IMG/VR virus record: IMGVR_UViG_3300020056_001798
Coordinates: 1 to 56,640 of that record
DNA from: a virus
Lineage: Duplodnaviria; Caudoviricetes
DNA length: 56,640 nucleotides
Strand: one strand, 5' to 3'
Both the position numbers and the translations under genes were made by a program. This document shows, one piece after another, positions 19,708-29,708 of the stretch. Below the pieces are notes generated by a model that was not told where the DNA came from, ran no database searches, and saw only the letters and a program-made list of their open reading frames with translations. How positions within the stretch are numbered: the first letter of the stretch is position 1; every line of letters begins with the position of its first letter.

Positions 19708-20234
19708 GTCTAAAAGAATTAACTTGGGAACATCATAAAAATGCAGAACGCCAAGAGTTTGTAAAAGAACTAATGAGCGGTGACATATCAAATGAAAGAT
19801 ATGCTACATTTCTTTTTAATCTGCACCCCCAGTATAATTTATTAGAAACTTTAAGTATGTTACACAATCTGTTAGACACAAGAAGAGCACCCGCAATACA
19901 CCAAGACTATCAAGAACTATGGGGCGAAACGAATCCGAATCAACCTCCGTTACTTCCGGTTGTCAAAGACTATATGGATCATCTTATGTCTATAAAAGAC
20001 GATCCAGATAAATTAATGGCCCATATTTACGTTAGGCATATGGGAGATGCAAGCGGCGGACAAATGATTTCAAAAAAAGTTCCTGGCGAAGGTCGTTTAT
20101 ATCAATTTGAAACAGATGTCGATAGTCTAAAAGAATCGATTAGATCTCGTTGCAACGATTCTATGGCAGATGAAGCAAAAATATGTTTTGATTTTGCTAC
20201 AAAATTATTTCAACAAATGATAGATGTAAAATGA
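19704..20234 (+). CDS. hemO: heme oxygenase (phage HemO type)
   Basis: LKELTWEHHKNAE, AHIYVRHMGDASGGQMI and EAKICF motifs. Confidence 0.92.
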   Translation: MSLKELTWEHHKNAERQEFVKELMSGDISNERYATFLFNLHPQYNLLETLSMLHNLLDTRRAPAIHQDYQELWGETNPNQPPLLPVVKDYMDHLMSIKDDPDKLMAHIYVRHMGDASGGQMISKKVPGEGRLYQFETDVDSLKESIRSRCNDSMADEAKICFDFATKLFQQMIDVK

Positions 20235-21025
20235 GAATAGCTGGCGCACAAATTCCTGTTACAAATAATGTAAAAAAAAATGTAAGTCAAATACTAACAG
20301 CTTTAGAATGGGCATCAGACAATAAAGTAGATTTTATTTTATTTCCTGAAGGCGCCCTTAGTGGATATTTAAGACCATTTCGAGATATATTTGAAGAAGA
20401 CATTGAATTCCATCTTAGTAATGTTGTAAGAGCAGCAACATCTGCAGGTGTAAGTATAGGTTTGCCAACACTTTATATTCAACCTGTAGATTTTGGCTTA
20501 GTGAAACAAAGTCAAATAAAATATTACAATGATGCAGGACAGCCTGCAGGAACTTATAGTAAGCAAATGGTTATACCCGCAGATGAATGTTATCCAGGAC
20601 AGAGTTCTGTAATTACAAATTTTGAGGGTATAAATGCAAATGGTCGTTACGATTTTAGTGTGGGTAGTTTTGTCTGTAATGATTTATGGGGTGAACTAAA
20701 TCAAAAAGTAATTGCTAACGAAAATTTGCAATATTATGCAGACAATAATGTAGATTTTATTTGTCATAGTACAAATGGATTTAGAGCTGAAAAAGCAGGC
20801 GACGAGAAGAGCAATCAAAAAATTAAAGAATACGGGGATATACACTTATGGATGGCCGCCCGATACGGTGTACCAATTCTTACTGTTGATAATTGTAATA
20901 CAATAGATGGAAAAGTGTATACAGGAACGACAAGTAGTACCAGCGGTATAATATACAGAGGCGAATGGCTTGTCACTGCAAACGATAACGGACTTAATTA
21001 TTTTTACTACGATTTAGAGGTATAG
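20231..21025 (+). CDS. carbon-nitrogen hydrolase (nitrilase superfamily)
   Basis: E-K-C triad in FPEG, YSKQ and VCND. Confidence 0.85.
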   Translation: MRIAGAQIPVTNNVKKNVSQILTALEWASDNKVDFILFPEGALSGYLRPFRDIFEEDIEFHLSNVVRAATSAGVSIGLPTLYIQPVDFGLVKQSQIKYYNDAGQPAGTYSKQMVIPADECYPGQSSVITNFEGINANGRYDFSVGSFVCNDLWGELNQKVIANENLQYYADNNVDFICHSTNGFRAEKAGDEKSNQKIKEYGDIHLWMAARYGVPILTVDNCNTIDGKVYTGTTSSTSGIIYRGEWLVTANDNGLNYFYYDLEV

Positions 21026-21026
21026 A

Positions 21027-21716
21027 ATGAGTGCAATATGGAATAAACTAATAGATTGTAAGGAGGAAATACTTGACATTTTTGATGAATATGCAAAAGA
21101 AATTGAAGAGCCAGGACTTTCAGAATTCAATCAACCAGATAACGGTTGGGTTAATAGGGTATGGAGTAATGATAGCGTTCGCCGTGCTCATATTGATGTT
21201 GTAGATGCTCGTGAGACTAAAGGCCTGTGGATGATGCACGTATGTTGTTTTCCTGTACTACACAACGATGCGCCTATATACGGCTTTGATGTTATTGCAG
21301 GCAAAAACAAAATGACAGGAGCCTTTCACGACTTTTCACCAAGTGCTACTTTCGACCATCCAATGATCGATGGATATAAAGAAAGTGTAGAAGACTTCAT
21401 TCCTAAGAAACAACGTGAACTACCAGAATGGGCACAAAACATTTTTACAGATAAAATGCTTGCCGCCGGCAATGTCAAAGAAGATGAAGCAGGACCTATT
21501 ATAGATATTGCTTTGTCTAATCTACGTGCTTGGTTTGAAGAAGTTCCGCAATTTAATGGTTATGGGGACAAAAATTTAGTGCAAGCTGCACAAGATTATT
21601 ATTGTCATAATCAGCAGCAAAACCCTCATACACCCGCCGTAATGAAGTCGTTGGGCTTACCTGAAGAAGATGTAGAAATATTCTGTAGAGATATGTTGTT
21701 TCCAAAGATCGCATAA
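21027..21716 (+). CDS. pcyX: ferredoxin-dependent bilin reductase, PcyX-like
   Basis: RRAHIDVVDARETKGLWMMH, PIYGFD, HDFSP, LPEWA.IF and YCHNQQQNPHT; Asp at the position of PcyA Glu76. Confidence 0.88.
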   Translation: MSAIWNKLIDCKEEILDIFDEYAKEIEEPGLSEFNQPDNGWVNRVWSNDSVRRAHIDVVDARETKGLWMMHVCCFPVLHNDAPIYGFDVIAGKNKMTGAFHDFSPSATFDHPMIDGYKESVEDFIPKKQRELPEWAQNIFTDKMLAAGNVKEDEAGPIIDIALSNLRAWFEEVPQFNGYGDKNLVQAAQDYYCHNQQQNPHTPAVMKSLGLPEEDVEIFCRDMLFPKIA

Positions 21717-21742
21717 ATACTATAAATTAGTAGGAATACAAA

Positions 21743-23110
21743 ATGCGATTTGAAGAAATAAGAGAAGCTAGTATAATTAGCCGCCCTGGAGCATATTCAT
21801 ACGGACATAAAGTAAACGTATCTGGAAGTAAAGGCGGTCAAGCATTATTAAGTATCATCCAGCAAGAAGTTCCAGATTTTCAACAATCAGAAACATTAAC
21901 CTGGGTAGAAAAAATTCAAGGACCTACAATACAAGTTGGTAGAGGATCAGGCGGCATAATGTCGTTCCAAAGGCCAAACGGACAAGGATTTACACTTACT
22001 GGATCAGTAAGTAACATCGAATCAGGATTAAATCACGCAGCAGGTGCAAAAGGTAGCACAGCAGAAAACAAAGGTGATCTTGCAGAACCCTTATTGTCAG
22101 CAGCAGTTGTTGCAAAATTAATTAAACGTGGTAAGAATTCTGTAGAAGACATAAACTTTGACGATTTAAAAACTACACTAAACAAAGCTATTGGCTCAGG
22201 TGCAGAAACATATAAAGTAACCGACCTTAATAGTAAGATTGCTGATACTATTGAATTTAAAGTTGCTATACGTGGTCCTGCAATGGAGTTTTTAAGATCA
22301 GAAAACTTTTGGCCTAAAATGGCAAACATTGCACAATCAGCAGTTCACTATGCTAATAGTGGACAAATTGACAAATACGCAGATTACTTTTATAAAAATG
22401 GTAAAGCAGACTTAATTAAAGTAGACAGCGATGGTCTTAGTGATCAAAAAGGACGTAAAACAGATATTGATGCATTTGTTCGTGGCGAGGACGGAAAGAT
22501 GCGTCCACTGAAAGGACTTGCTATCAGTCTTAAAGCAGGTAGTGATACTATTGGTCAAGTAGGTGGCGGAGCATTAAAAAATGACGGGGTTGTTGTAGCA
22601 GCACAAAAACTATTCGGGCCACTAGGTGTTGAAATACAAAGACCAGAAGGTAAAATAGAAAGTAAAACTGATTTCTGGGTTGACGCTTATGAACAAGCAC
22701 ATCGTCAACTTAAAGAAATACTAGCAGGACAAGATGCAAAAAATGAAGCAGGTGTCGTTGCAAAAATAGGTGAATACACATCTCAGGCAGCTACATCCGG
22801 TAATCCAAATGTAAGACTTATAAGTTTGAAGTCAACAGGCAAAAGTAGTGTGCATACATTTAGTCGCCTTGCTAGTAGATTAAGAGCACAAGACATTGAC
22901 CTTGATTCTAAACTTGTTATGGGTAAAGGCAAAGATGGATTTCCTAGACCTGGTATTTTTATATATGATAAAAATTCCGGAGATGTAGCACTTAAAATTA
23001 GATATAGTGTAGCAAACGCAGGCAGTACTAAAGAAAAAATATGGAACCCTGTTGAGATGGGGCCTCTTGTACAAAGACTTACTACAGTTAAGTACAAAAA
23101 AGATAACTAA
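21743..23110 (+). CDS. late protein with PD-(D/E)XK-like motif
   Basis: TAAATA upstream; KGDLAE and KTDI...ISLK motifs. Confidence 0.6.
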   Translation: MRFEEIREASIISRPGAYSYGHKVNVSGSKGGQALLSIIQQEVPDFQQSETLTWVEKIQGPTIQVGRGSGGIMSFQRPNGQGFTLTGSVSNIESGLNHAAGAKGSTAENKGDLAEPLLSAAVVAKLIKRGKNSVEDINFDDLKTTLNKAIGSGAETYKVTDLNSKIADTIEFKVAIRGPAMEFLRSENFWPKMANIAQSAVHYANSGQIDKYADYFYKNGKADLIKVDSDGLSDQKGRKTDIDAFVRGEDGKMRPLKGLAISLKAGSDTIGQVGGGALKNDGVVVAAQKLFGPLGVEIQRPEGKIESKTDFWVDAYEQAHRQLKEILAGQDAKNEAGVVAKIGEYTSQAATSGNPNVRLISLKSTGKSSVHTFSRLASRLRAQDIDLDSKLVMGKGKDGFPRPGIFIYDKNSGDVALKIRYSVANAGSTKEKIWNPVEMGPLVQRLTTVKYKKDN

Positions 23111-23170
23111 CATAAATATGATTATACATTGAGGGCTCAGTGTATTACTAGTACCCACGAGGGCGTAGGT

Positions 23171-23647
23171 ATGGTAGAAATTGCAGCCGCAGTAAGTATG
23201 GCAACATCTGCTTACAATGGTATTAAACGTGCGATAGAAATGGGGCGAGAAGCCCAAGACGTTGCAAGTGCATTTGGTAAATTCTTTGATGCAAAAGAAA
23301 GTATTGCAGAAGCAAGTGTTGAACACAAAGAAGGTTCTAAAGTTAAGAGACTTTTTAGTGGCACTAGTGTAGAAGCACAAGCACTTGAAATCACAGCAGC
23401 AAAACACAAGACTATGCAGCTAGAAAAAGAACTAAGAGAATTCTTGTTGTACACAGGTCAAAGTCAATTCTACGAAGATATGATGTTAGAACGTAGACGC
23501 ATTCGCGAAGCACGAATAGCAGAGGCAAGAAGACGAGCAGCTAAACAAGCACTAATAATAGACGGAACTATTATAGGTGTTTCCTGCATAGGAACTTTTG
23601 TGTTTGTAATGTGGGTTGTAAACTTAATTGTTAGTAACGCAGCATAA
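23171..23647 (+). CDS. helical protein with C-terminal TM (paralog A)
   Basis: MVEIAAAVSMATSAYNGIK; start moved to 23171. Confidence 0.7.
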   Translation: MVEIAAAVSMATSAYNGIKRAIEMGREAQDVASAFGKFFDAKESIAEASVEHKEGSKVKRLFSGTSVEAQALEITAAKHKTMQLEKELREFLLYTGQSQFYEDMMLERRRIREARIAEARRRAAKQALIIDGTIIGVSCIGTFVFVMWVVNLIVSNAA

Positions 23648-23711
23648 TTAGAATTTTATATAAATACTAGTGTAGAGCGTGAGGGCTCTTCTATCAAAGA
23701 AAGGGCAATAT

Positions 23712-24194
23712 TTGATAGATCCAGTCAGCGCCATTGGAATGGCAACCGCAGCTTACAATGGCATCAAAAGTGCAATAGCAACAGGTAAAGAAATATCTGA
23801 TATGGCAGGTACCCTTAACCAATGGGCTACCAGTGTAAGCGATTTAGACTTTGCACACAAACAAGCAGAAAATCCTCCATTCTTTAAAAAATTATTCGGC
23901 GCAAGTGAAATTGAGCAAAATGCTCTTGAAGTGTGGGGACAGAAGCAAAAGGCTAAAGAAATGCGTGAAGAATTGCGCAGTTATATTTCATTGTACTATG
24001 GTCCAAGTGCCTGGGATCAAATTGTTAAAATAGAGGGCGAAATGCGCAAGAAGCGCAAGGAAGCAGTCTATGCAGCAGAAGAACGCAAGCAGGCAATACT
24101 AGAATGGACTGTAGGAATAATTGCAGCAATTATTGGAGCAGCAATTTTAACAGCAGTTTTTTACTTCATTGGTAAAAGTCAGGGCAAGTGGTAA
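23712..24194 (+). CDS. helical protein with C-terminal TM (paralog B)
   Basis: TTG start, (M)IDPVSAIGMATAAYNGIK; clear similarity to paralog A. Confidence 0.7.
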   Translation: MIDPVSAIGMATAAYNGIKSAIATGKEISDMAGTLNQWATSVSDLDFAHKQAENPPFFKKLFGASEIEQNALEVWGQKQKAKEMREELRSYISLYYGPSAWDQIVKIEGEMRKKRKEAVYAAEERKQAILEWTVGIIAAIIGAAILTAVFYFIGKSQGKW

Positions 24195-24195
24195 T

Positions 24196-24372
24196 ATGTG
24201 GATATTGATTTGGTTAGCACTAAACGGACAAACAATAGAACATTATCACATTGGCAATTACAACGATAAAGATGCTTGTATTAAAGCAATGAGCAAAGCA
24301 GCAGTGCTTGTTACAGGTCCAAATCAAAGTGTAGATTGTTTGTGGATTAAAGATAAACCTGTTGAAGGTTAA
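24196..24372 (+). CDS. small hypothetical protein
   Basis: MWILIWL start with two Cys residues. Confidence 0.6.
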   Translation: MWILIWLALNGQTIEHYHIGNYNDKDACIKAMSKAAVLVTGPNQSVDCLWIKDKPVEG

Positions 24373-24596
24373 AATATTTTAAGACGTTTGCACATAGCAA
24401 TAAGTGTAGTGCGTTTGATACCTAAGCAATTACTTGCCTTAGTTTGATTCCAATTTTCTTGTATAAGCGCATCTTTTATTTTATCAATAATAAAATCATC
24501 AACCGCAGCGTCTAGTGGCTGTGGTTCACGTTCTTTTCTGTATTGATCCATTTCATCAAACACTTCAAATAGTGCGTCTTGTTCATCTTTATACAT
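24369..24596 (-). CDS. Fis-like HTH DNA-binding protein
   Basis: IKDALIQENWNQTKASNCLGIKRTTL matches the HTH_8 pattern. Confidence 0.85.
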   Translation of the reverse strand: MYKDEQDALFEVFDEMDQYRKEREPQPLDAAVDDFIIDKIKDALIQENWNQTKASNCLGIKRTTLIAMCKRLKIF

Positions 24597-24716
24597 ACTG
24601 TATTTATTAACTAGGTGTTAAATTATTAACACCAGAACGATTAAATATATGTGAGGGAATCTAAAAATTGTACTGTAAATTGTACTATATAAATATATTA
24701 GAGGGTAAAAAAAATA

Positions 24717-25946
24717 ATGAAGAAGTATACATCTTGGGCACTAATGGCTGGTGTAGTAATGCTATTATCTTTAGAAAGTAGGGCGCAAACTGTAATTGAC
24801 GGGACTAGTTACGATTCTACTAGCTATGTCACCACTAACAATGACTCCACTACAAACACAACTAGTAATGTAACAACGGACAACACCAACACTAATACAA
24901 GTACTATTGACAGTACTAGCACTAACACAAATACTAACACTAATACTAACAATACAACAATTGATAGTACAAATACCAACACCAATTTGAATACTAACAA
25001 TACAACAATTACTAGCACTAATACAAACAACAATGTGTTGAGTGGCGGTACAAACAATACAAACACAAATACAAATACTAACAATACAACAATTGATAGT
25101 ACAACTACCTCTACAAATACAAATACTAATTTGAATACAAATAATACTACTGTAAATAGTACATCAAATAATACTAATACGAATACAAACACCAATGTGA
25201 ATACCAACGACACAACTATTAACAGCACAACTACCAACACAAATAATAATATATTGAGTGGTGGCACAAACAATACAAACACTAATACTAATAACACGAC
25301 TATTAACCAAACTAGTGATTCAACAATCAATCAAAATGTGAACCAAACTACTGATTCAAATGTAAATCAAACAGTTAATAGCACAAGTAATGTTACTAGT
25401 AATAATACCAATACAAACGTAAACACCAATAATACTACTTCTAATAACACAAATACGAATACTAATACAAATAATAATACAAACAATAATAACAATAACA
25501 ATAAAAGTGATATAAGACAAGAAATCATATCACCTCCTCCAAGTGCTATTGCACCTACTGTTATGCTAGGCGGCAACGACACTTGTACGGTGACATATTC
25601 TGCGGCTGTGCAAACACAAATACTTGGTGCATCGGGCGGTGGACACGTTCGTGATTTAAATTGTGAAAGACTAAAAAATTCTAAAACACTCTACAATATG
25701 GGTATGAAGGTTGCAGCAGTTGCTCTTATGTGTCAAGATGCTAGTGTTTATCGTGCAATGGAAATGGCAGGTACTCCTTGCCCGTTTGATGGATCAATTG
25801 GCGTAGAAGCAAAAGAGAAGTGGGAACTAAATCCTGAGCTACAACCAACAAACATAGAACAGGAGACAAGACGTAATGACCAAATGGAAGGGGCTGTTAA
25901 AGGCATCCTCGGTGCTGGGATTATGGTTCTGCTTTTGGGCCTCTAA
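24717..25946 (+). CDS. secreted Asn/Thr-rich repeat protein with Cys-rich C-terminal domain
   Basis: Signal peptide, about 220 aa of N/T repeats, PPPSAIAP..CERLK..MCQD..GTPCP and a terminal TM. Confidence 0.8.
   Translation: MKKYTSWALMAGVVMLLSLESRAQTVIDGTSYDSTSYVTTNNDSTTNTTSNVTTDNTNTNTSTIDSTSTNTNTNTNTNNTTIDSTNTNTNLNTNNTTITSTNTNNNVLSGGTNNTNTNTNTNNTTIDSTTTSTNTNTNLNTNNTTVNSTSNNTNTNTNTNVNTNDTTINSTTTNTNNNILSGGTNNTNTNTNNTTINQTSDSTINQNVNQTTDSNVNQTVNSTSNVTSNNTNTNVNTNNTTSNNTNTNTNTNNNTNNNNNNNKSDIRQEIISPPPSAIAPTVMLGGNDTCTVTYSAAVQTQILGASGGGHVRDLNCERLKNSKTLYNMGMKVAAVALMCQDASVYRAMEMAGTPCPFDGSIGVEAKEKWELNPELQPTNIEQETRRNDQMEGAVKGILGAGIMVLLLGL
24835..25502 (+). repeat. coding low-complexity repeat (AAY/ACN codons) with a duplicated NNxLSGGTNNTNTNT block
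   Basis: TTGAGTGGYGGYACAAACAATACAAACAC occurs near 25037 and 25254. Confidence 0.85.
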
Positions 25947-28047
25947 TAGTTTAGCACAAGAAACTACGTTTAGTGACGGTACTACTGGTACAGTAGATAC
26001 TTCCATCATCTATGGCTTGCCTGGCGATCCTGATTATCTTGAAGAAGATATAACCTACTTTGATCCATTATTAACTAATGATCCAAATGCTTGGAGTGTG
26101 AAACCTGGCAACGGCCACGGATGCTTAATACAAAGTACAGATAATAATGGTGACGGCTCGTGGGCAGGAAATACAAGCGGCTCTTGTGCTAACATTGGTG
26201 TCAACGGTGATGGTGCTATACGTTTTGGTTATAATGCAGCAAATATTGTCCAAACACAAGATGTAATTTCTGATGCACTACGCAGTGTAGGTATTGATGT
26301 TGTTGGATACTTGTACCAATGGAAAGTTAAAAACTACAACGCAAATGAAACGACAGCAAATCAAACCTGTTGTCAAGATCCATTAACTGTAACAGTAACA
26401 TTTAAGGATACCGCAGGCAATGAATTATATTCAAAAGAATATGATTACTCGTATGAAATAGCAAACTGGCAGCTACAGTACGGACAGCAATTATTCCCAC
26501 AAGCATTTGGTACAGACGCAACAGGTGTTGATACAGTAACAATTGAAGTATACGGAATGGATGCAGGATACTGGTTAGGTTGGTGGGGTCCAGAATTTAG
26601 AGAAGGACAGGTATACGGATTGTATGTTTATCGTCCGCCAGAAGAAGATAATAGTTGTGATTTAGATCCATTGAGTGATCCTACGTGTCCTGGCTATGCA
26701 GATGCACTAGCAGCAGAACAAGATGCACTACTAGAACTAATTGCAAGTTCTAATACAGCAGATCCTGCAGGAACAACAGACGATCAAGCATTCCTAGAGT
26801 CAGTACAAGAAACATCAACAGCATCATTAGATGACGGATCGGGAGCATTAGAGGAGACATTAGGTGAAACATTTACAGAAACTCAGACGCAAACTATTGA
26901 AGAAGTGGACACAGGGCAAACGCAAGAAAGCACTCAAGTTGCGGTGGCAACTGATCCTGCTCCAGTTGAAACAGTCGCAGAAGAAGCAGCAATAGAAGAA
27001 GCTATTGAGGAAGTAGCTGTGGTAGAAGAAGTTGCTGTGGTAGAAGAAACAGCAGTAGAAGAAGCTACAGAAGAAGTAGCACAAGAAGAATCATCAGCGT
27101 CTAATGCACCTAGTACTAATCCTTTGAGTGTAGCAGCAGCCGCAGTGGCAGCAGCAGACAACGTAGCAAGTGCAGCAAGCTCAGGAGCAGTTGCAAACTC
27201 ACAATCCAGTGTAGCAGCCGCAGAACAAACAAGTGCAGATATACAATCTGACATAGCAGCAGCAGATGCAGTTAACGCAGAACAAACTGCAACAGCAACA
27301 GCAGTTGTTGCAGGTTCAACAGAAGTAGGTTCAGTAGCATCTACTACATCAACAGCAGTTGGAGCAAGTTCAGACACAACTACAAACACTGGCAGTAGCA
27401 CAACAGGTAGTTCAGATACAAGTGTAGCAGGCACAGGTTCTACAGGATCACAAAACTTTGGATCACAGTCTATGAGCGGAAGCGATGATGGCAGTGGTTC
27501 ATCAGCAAGTCAAGCACTAGCAATGGGTACAACAACAGACACAACAACAGACACAACAGGATTACCTAGCAGTTTTGGAGAGCCTGGCACAATGAATGTT
27601 GTTATATCGTCTACTCCAGGACAATCAAATGATCCAGGAGACACAGGCGGATTAGCAATCGAACTAGTAGTTGGATCTAACTTTGATATTGCAGCAGTAG
27701 ACAGTGCAATTAACCTTGCTCTTGCTAGAGTACAAGATTTAGAAACAAGTATAGTAGAAAACTCAATAGAAGAAAGCACAGAATCTTTTGAAGATCAAAA
27801 TGCAAAAGAAGATGCACTAGTTGCAGAAGCTCTAGCAGGCACAGACAACGAAGATGCAAATGCTGCACTAATGGGTTACAATCCCAACTTTAGAGCATAC
27901 CAAACAGACGGACTAGCAGACGGTGCATTTTACGCACCTAAAGAAATATACGAAGGACAACAAAATTATGACAACCCTAATGCAAGGTTGTTCAATGGGG
28001 CAAGCGATCAACTGCATAGAGATATGGTTAGATCGCAATACGAATAA
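25876..28047 (+). CDS. large secreted acidic protein with Ala/Ser/Thr/Glu low-complexity stalk
   Basis: Signal peptide, globular N-domain, CDLDPLSDPTCPGY and EEVAVV repeats. Confidence 0.75.
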   Translation: MTKWKGLLKASSVLGLWFCFWASNSLAQETTFSDGTTGTVDTSIIYGLPGDPDYLEEDITYFDPLLTNDPNAWSVKPGNGHGCLIQSTDNNGDGSWAGNTSGSCANIGVNGDGAIRFGYNAANIVQTQDVISDALRSVGIDVVGYLYQWKVKNYNANETTANQTCCQDPLTVTVTFKDTAGNELYSKEYDYSYEIANWQLQYGQQLFPQAFGTDATGVDTVTIEVYGMDAGYWLGWWGPEFREGQVYGLYVYRPPEEDNSCDLDPLSDPTCPGYADALAAEQDALLELIASSNTADPAGTTDDQAFLESVQETSTASLDDGSGALEETLGETFTETQTQTIEEVDTGQTQESTQVAVATDPAPVETVAEEAAIEEAIEEVAVVEEVAVVEETAVEEATEEVAQEESSASNAPSTNPLSVAAAAVAAADNVASAASSGAVANSQSSVAAAEQTSADIQSDIAAADAVNAEQTATATAVVAGSTEVGSVASTTSTAVGASSDTTTNTGSSTTGSSDTSVAGTGSTGSQNFGSQSMSGSDDGSGSSASQALAMGTTTDTTTDTTGLPSSFGEPGTMNVVISSTPGQSNDPGDTGGLAIELVVGSNFDIAAVDSAINLALARVQDLETSIVENSIEESTESFEDQNAKEDALVAEALAGTDNEDANAALMGYNPNFRAYQTDGLADGAFYAPKEIYEGQQNYDNPNARLFNGASDQLHRDMVRSQYE

Positions 28048-28058
28048 AGGAGAGGGCA

Positions 28059-28697
28059 ATGGCTGACAAAGACTTAGGTGAAAGCCTAGAAAATATGGAA
28101 GAGGGCATAGAAAATCTAAAGAACAAAGAGTTCCGTGTCCTTGGTATAAAAGTTACGTTTGTAACTGCAACAGCAGCACTTAGTTTAGTAGGTGCTGTAA
28201 TAGGTTCATTATACGGAGGCTTCTTGATGTATCAAAAGATAGAAGAAGCAATAGCTTTTGTAGACCAACAGCAGGAGTATCAAGAGCTTATGGCATCATA
28301 CAGCGAGCGTATGGACATTATAGAAGTCAAACTTGAAGAAGCAGTAGACTACACTCGTGACATCAAAGACGGACTACGTGAAGACATTCTAAAGACTGAG
28401 CAAGCAGTTGATAGAATGGAGGACAAAGTAGACGCCTCAGAGAAACGTGTTAAAGATGCACAAGCAAGTATTGAAGCAACTCTTGAAGGTGTACGTGCCG
28501 ACATAAATCAGGTTGAAAAAGATGTAGCACAAAGCATACGTGAAGTTGAGTCACTTAATCGCGAAACTGAAAAAGATGTGCGTGATACAATGAGAGCAAC
28601 TGAAAGTAGAATAGACGAAGATATGGATAAGCTAGACAAGGACATTAGAGAATTACTACAGGAGGCACTGGATAATCCTCTAAATGATATGAAGTAA
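28059..28697 (+). CDS. single-TM coiled-coil protein
   Basis: TM helix, heptads, C-terminal ALDNPL. Confidence 0.75.
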   Translation: MADKDLGESLENMEEGIENLKNKEFRVLGIKVTFVTATAALSLVGAVIGSLYGGFLMYQKIEEAIAFVDQQQEYQELMASYSERMDIIEVKLEEAVDYTRDIKDGLREDILKTEQAVDRMEDKVDASEKRVKDAQASIEATLEGVRADINQVEKDVAQSIREVESLNRETEKDVRDTMRATESRIDEDMDKLDKDIRELLQEALDNPLNDMK

Positions 28698-28795
28698 TGT
28701 GGAGTCATAGAGACACAACAGCAATGCACTATATATGGCTTTGTGTCATACTTATTGCAATCATAGGAGGAGCCACTGTTACGTTTTTAGGATAA
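28697..28795 (+). CDS. 32-aa membrane peptide
   Basis: TAATG coupling; YIWLCVILIAIIGGATVTFLG. Confidence 0.5.
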   Translation: MWSHRDTTAMHYIWLCVILIAIIGGATVTFLG

Positions 28796-28803
28796 ATATT
28801 TTT

Positions 28804-29091
28804 ATGAAAAATAATACCTCATTAACTTTTGATTCTCACGAAGACTTGATGGCACAATTTGGGCCTGTAGAAGTAAATCCAATTAAAGATGAACTGAAGC
28901 CTTTTGGGCAACCTCATTTAACCGAATTAGAGGCAGCTAAACAGGCAGCAGTAGATGAAGTTTGTAAACTAATGGTTTTACATAATGTAAATAATCCCGA
29001 AGATCTTTTTGTAGATGCTAATTATACTGATGATACAGCAAGGTATTACTTTAATGATAAAGAGATTCCTCGGCCAAAACAAGGTTGGTAA
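28804..29091 (+). CDS. hypothetical protein
   Basis: TAAATA-5 nt-ATG; MKNNTSL. Confidence 0.6.
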   Translation: MKNNTSLTFDSHEDLMAQFGPVEVNPIKDELKPFGQPHLTELEAAKQAAVDEVCKLMVLHNVNNPEDLFVDANYTDDTARYYFNDKEIPRPKQGW

Positions 29092-29156
29092 TTTTATTGG
29101 TTGACTAAGTAAACTTTTAGTGCTACACTAATTATATTACTTAGGAGATTAATATT

Positions 29157-29708
29157 ATGATTGAAGGGTTCAAATTACCCCAGGTCACGTTCAAAACACG
29201 AGTCCGAGATGAAAGTATCGGCGGAGACAACCCTTACCGTTGGGAAGATAAAACAACAGACGATTACTTCAAAGGCAAAAGAGTAGTGTTGTTTAGCTTG
29301 CCGGGTGCATTTACACCTACTTGCTCTACATATCAGTTACCAGGCTTTGAAGAAAACTACGATCGTATTCGTAACCAAGATATTGATGAAATTTATTGTA
29401 TGAGCGTCAACGATGCATTTGTTATGAATGCTTGGGCAAAGTCTCAAGGTATTCAAAACGTAAAAGTGATTCCAGATGGATCAGGAAACTTTACTCGTTT
29501 TATGGGTATGTTGATTGGCAAAAATCATCTAGGATTTGGTTTACGTAGCTGGCGATATATGGCTATTATCAATAACGGCATTGTAGAAAAATGGTGGCAA
29601 GAACCAGGCATTAACAACGATGGTTCGGATGATGACCCATATGTGGAATCAACTCCTGAAAATTGTGTAGACTACTTAGAAAAAGATTTGGTTATAAACA
29701 TTGACTGA
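29157..29708 (+). CDS. peroxiredoxin (Prx5/redoxin)
   Basis: LPGAFTPTCS, SVNDAFVMNAW and RSWRY motifs. Confidence 0.95.
   Translation: MIEGFKLPQVTFKTRVRDESIGGDNPYRWEDKTTDDYFKGKRVVLFSLPGAFTPTCSTYQLPGFEENYDRIRNQDIDEIYCMSVNDAFVMNAWAKSQGIQNVKVIPDGSGNFTRFMGMLIGKNHLGFGLRSWRYMAIINNGIVEKWWQEPGINNDGSDDDPYVESTPENCVDYLEKDLVINID

Noticed and set aside
24824-25582. Val/Leu-rich minus-strand ORFs that look like membrane proteins
   Set aside because: They are antisense shadows of the Asn/Thr codon repeats.
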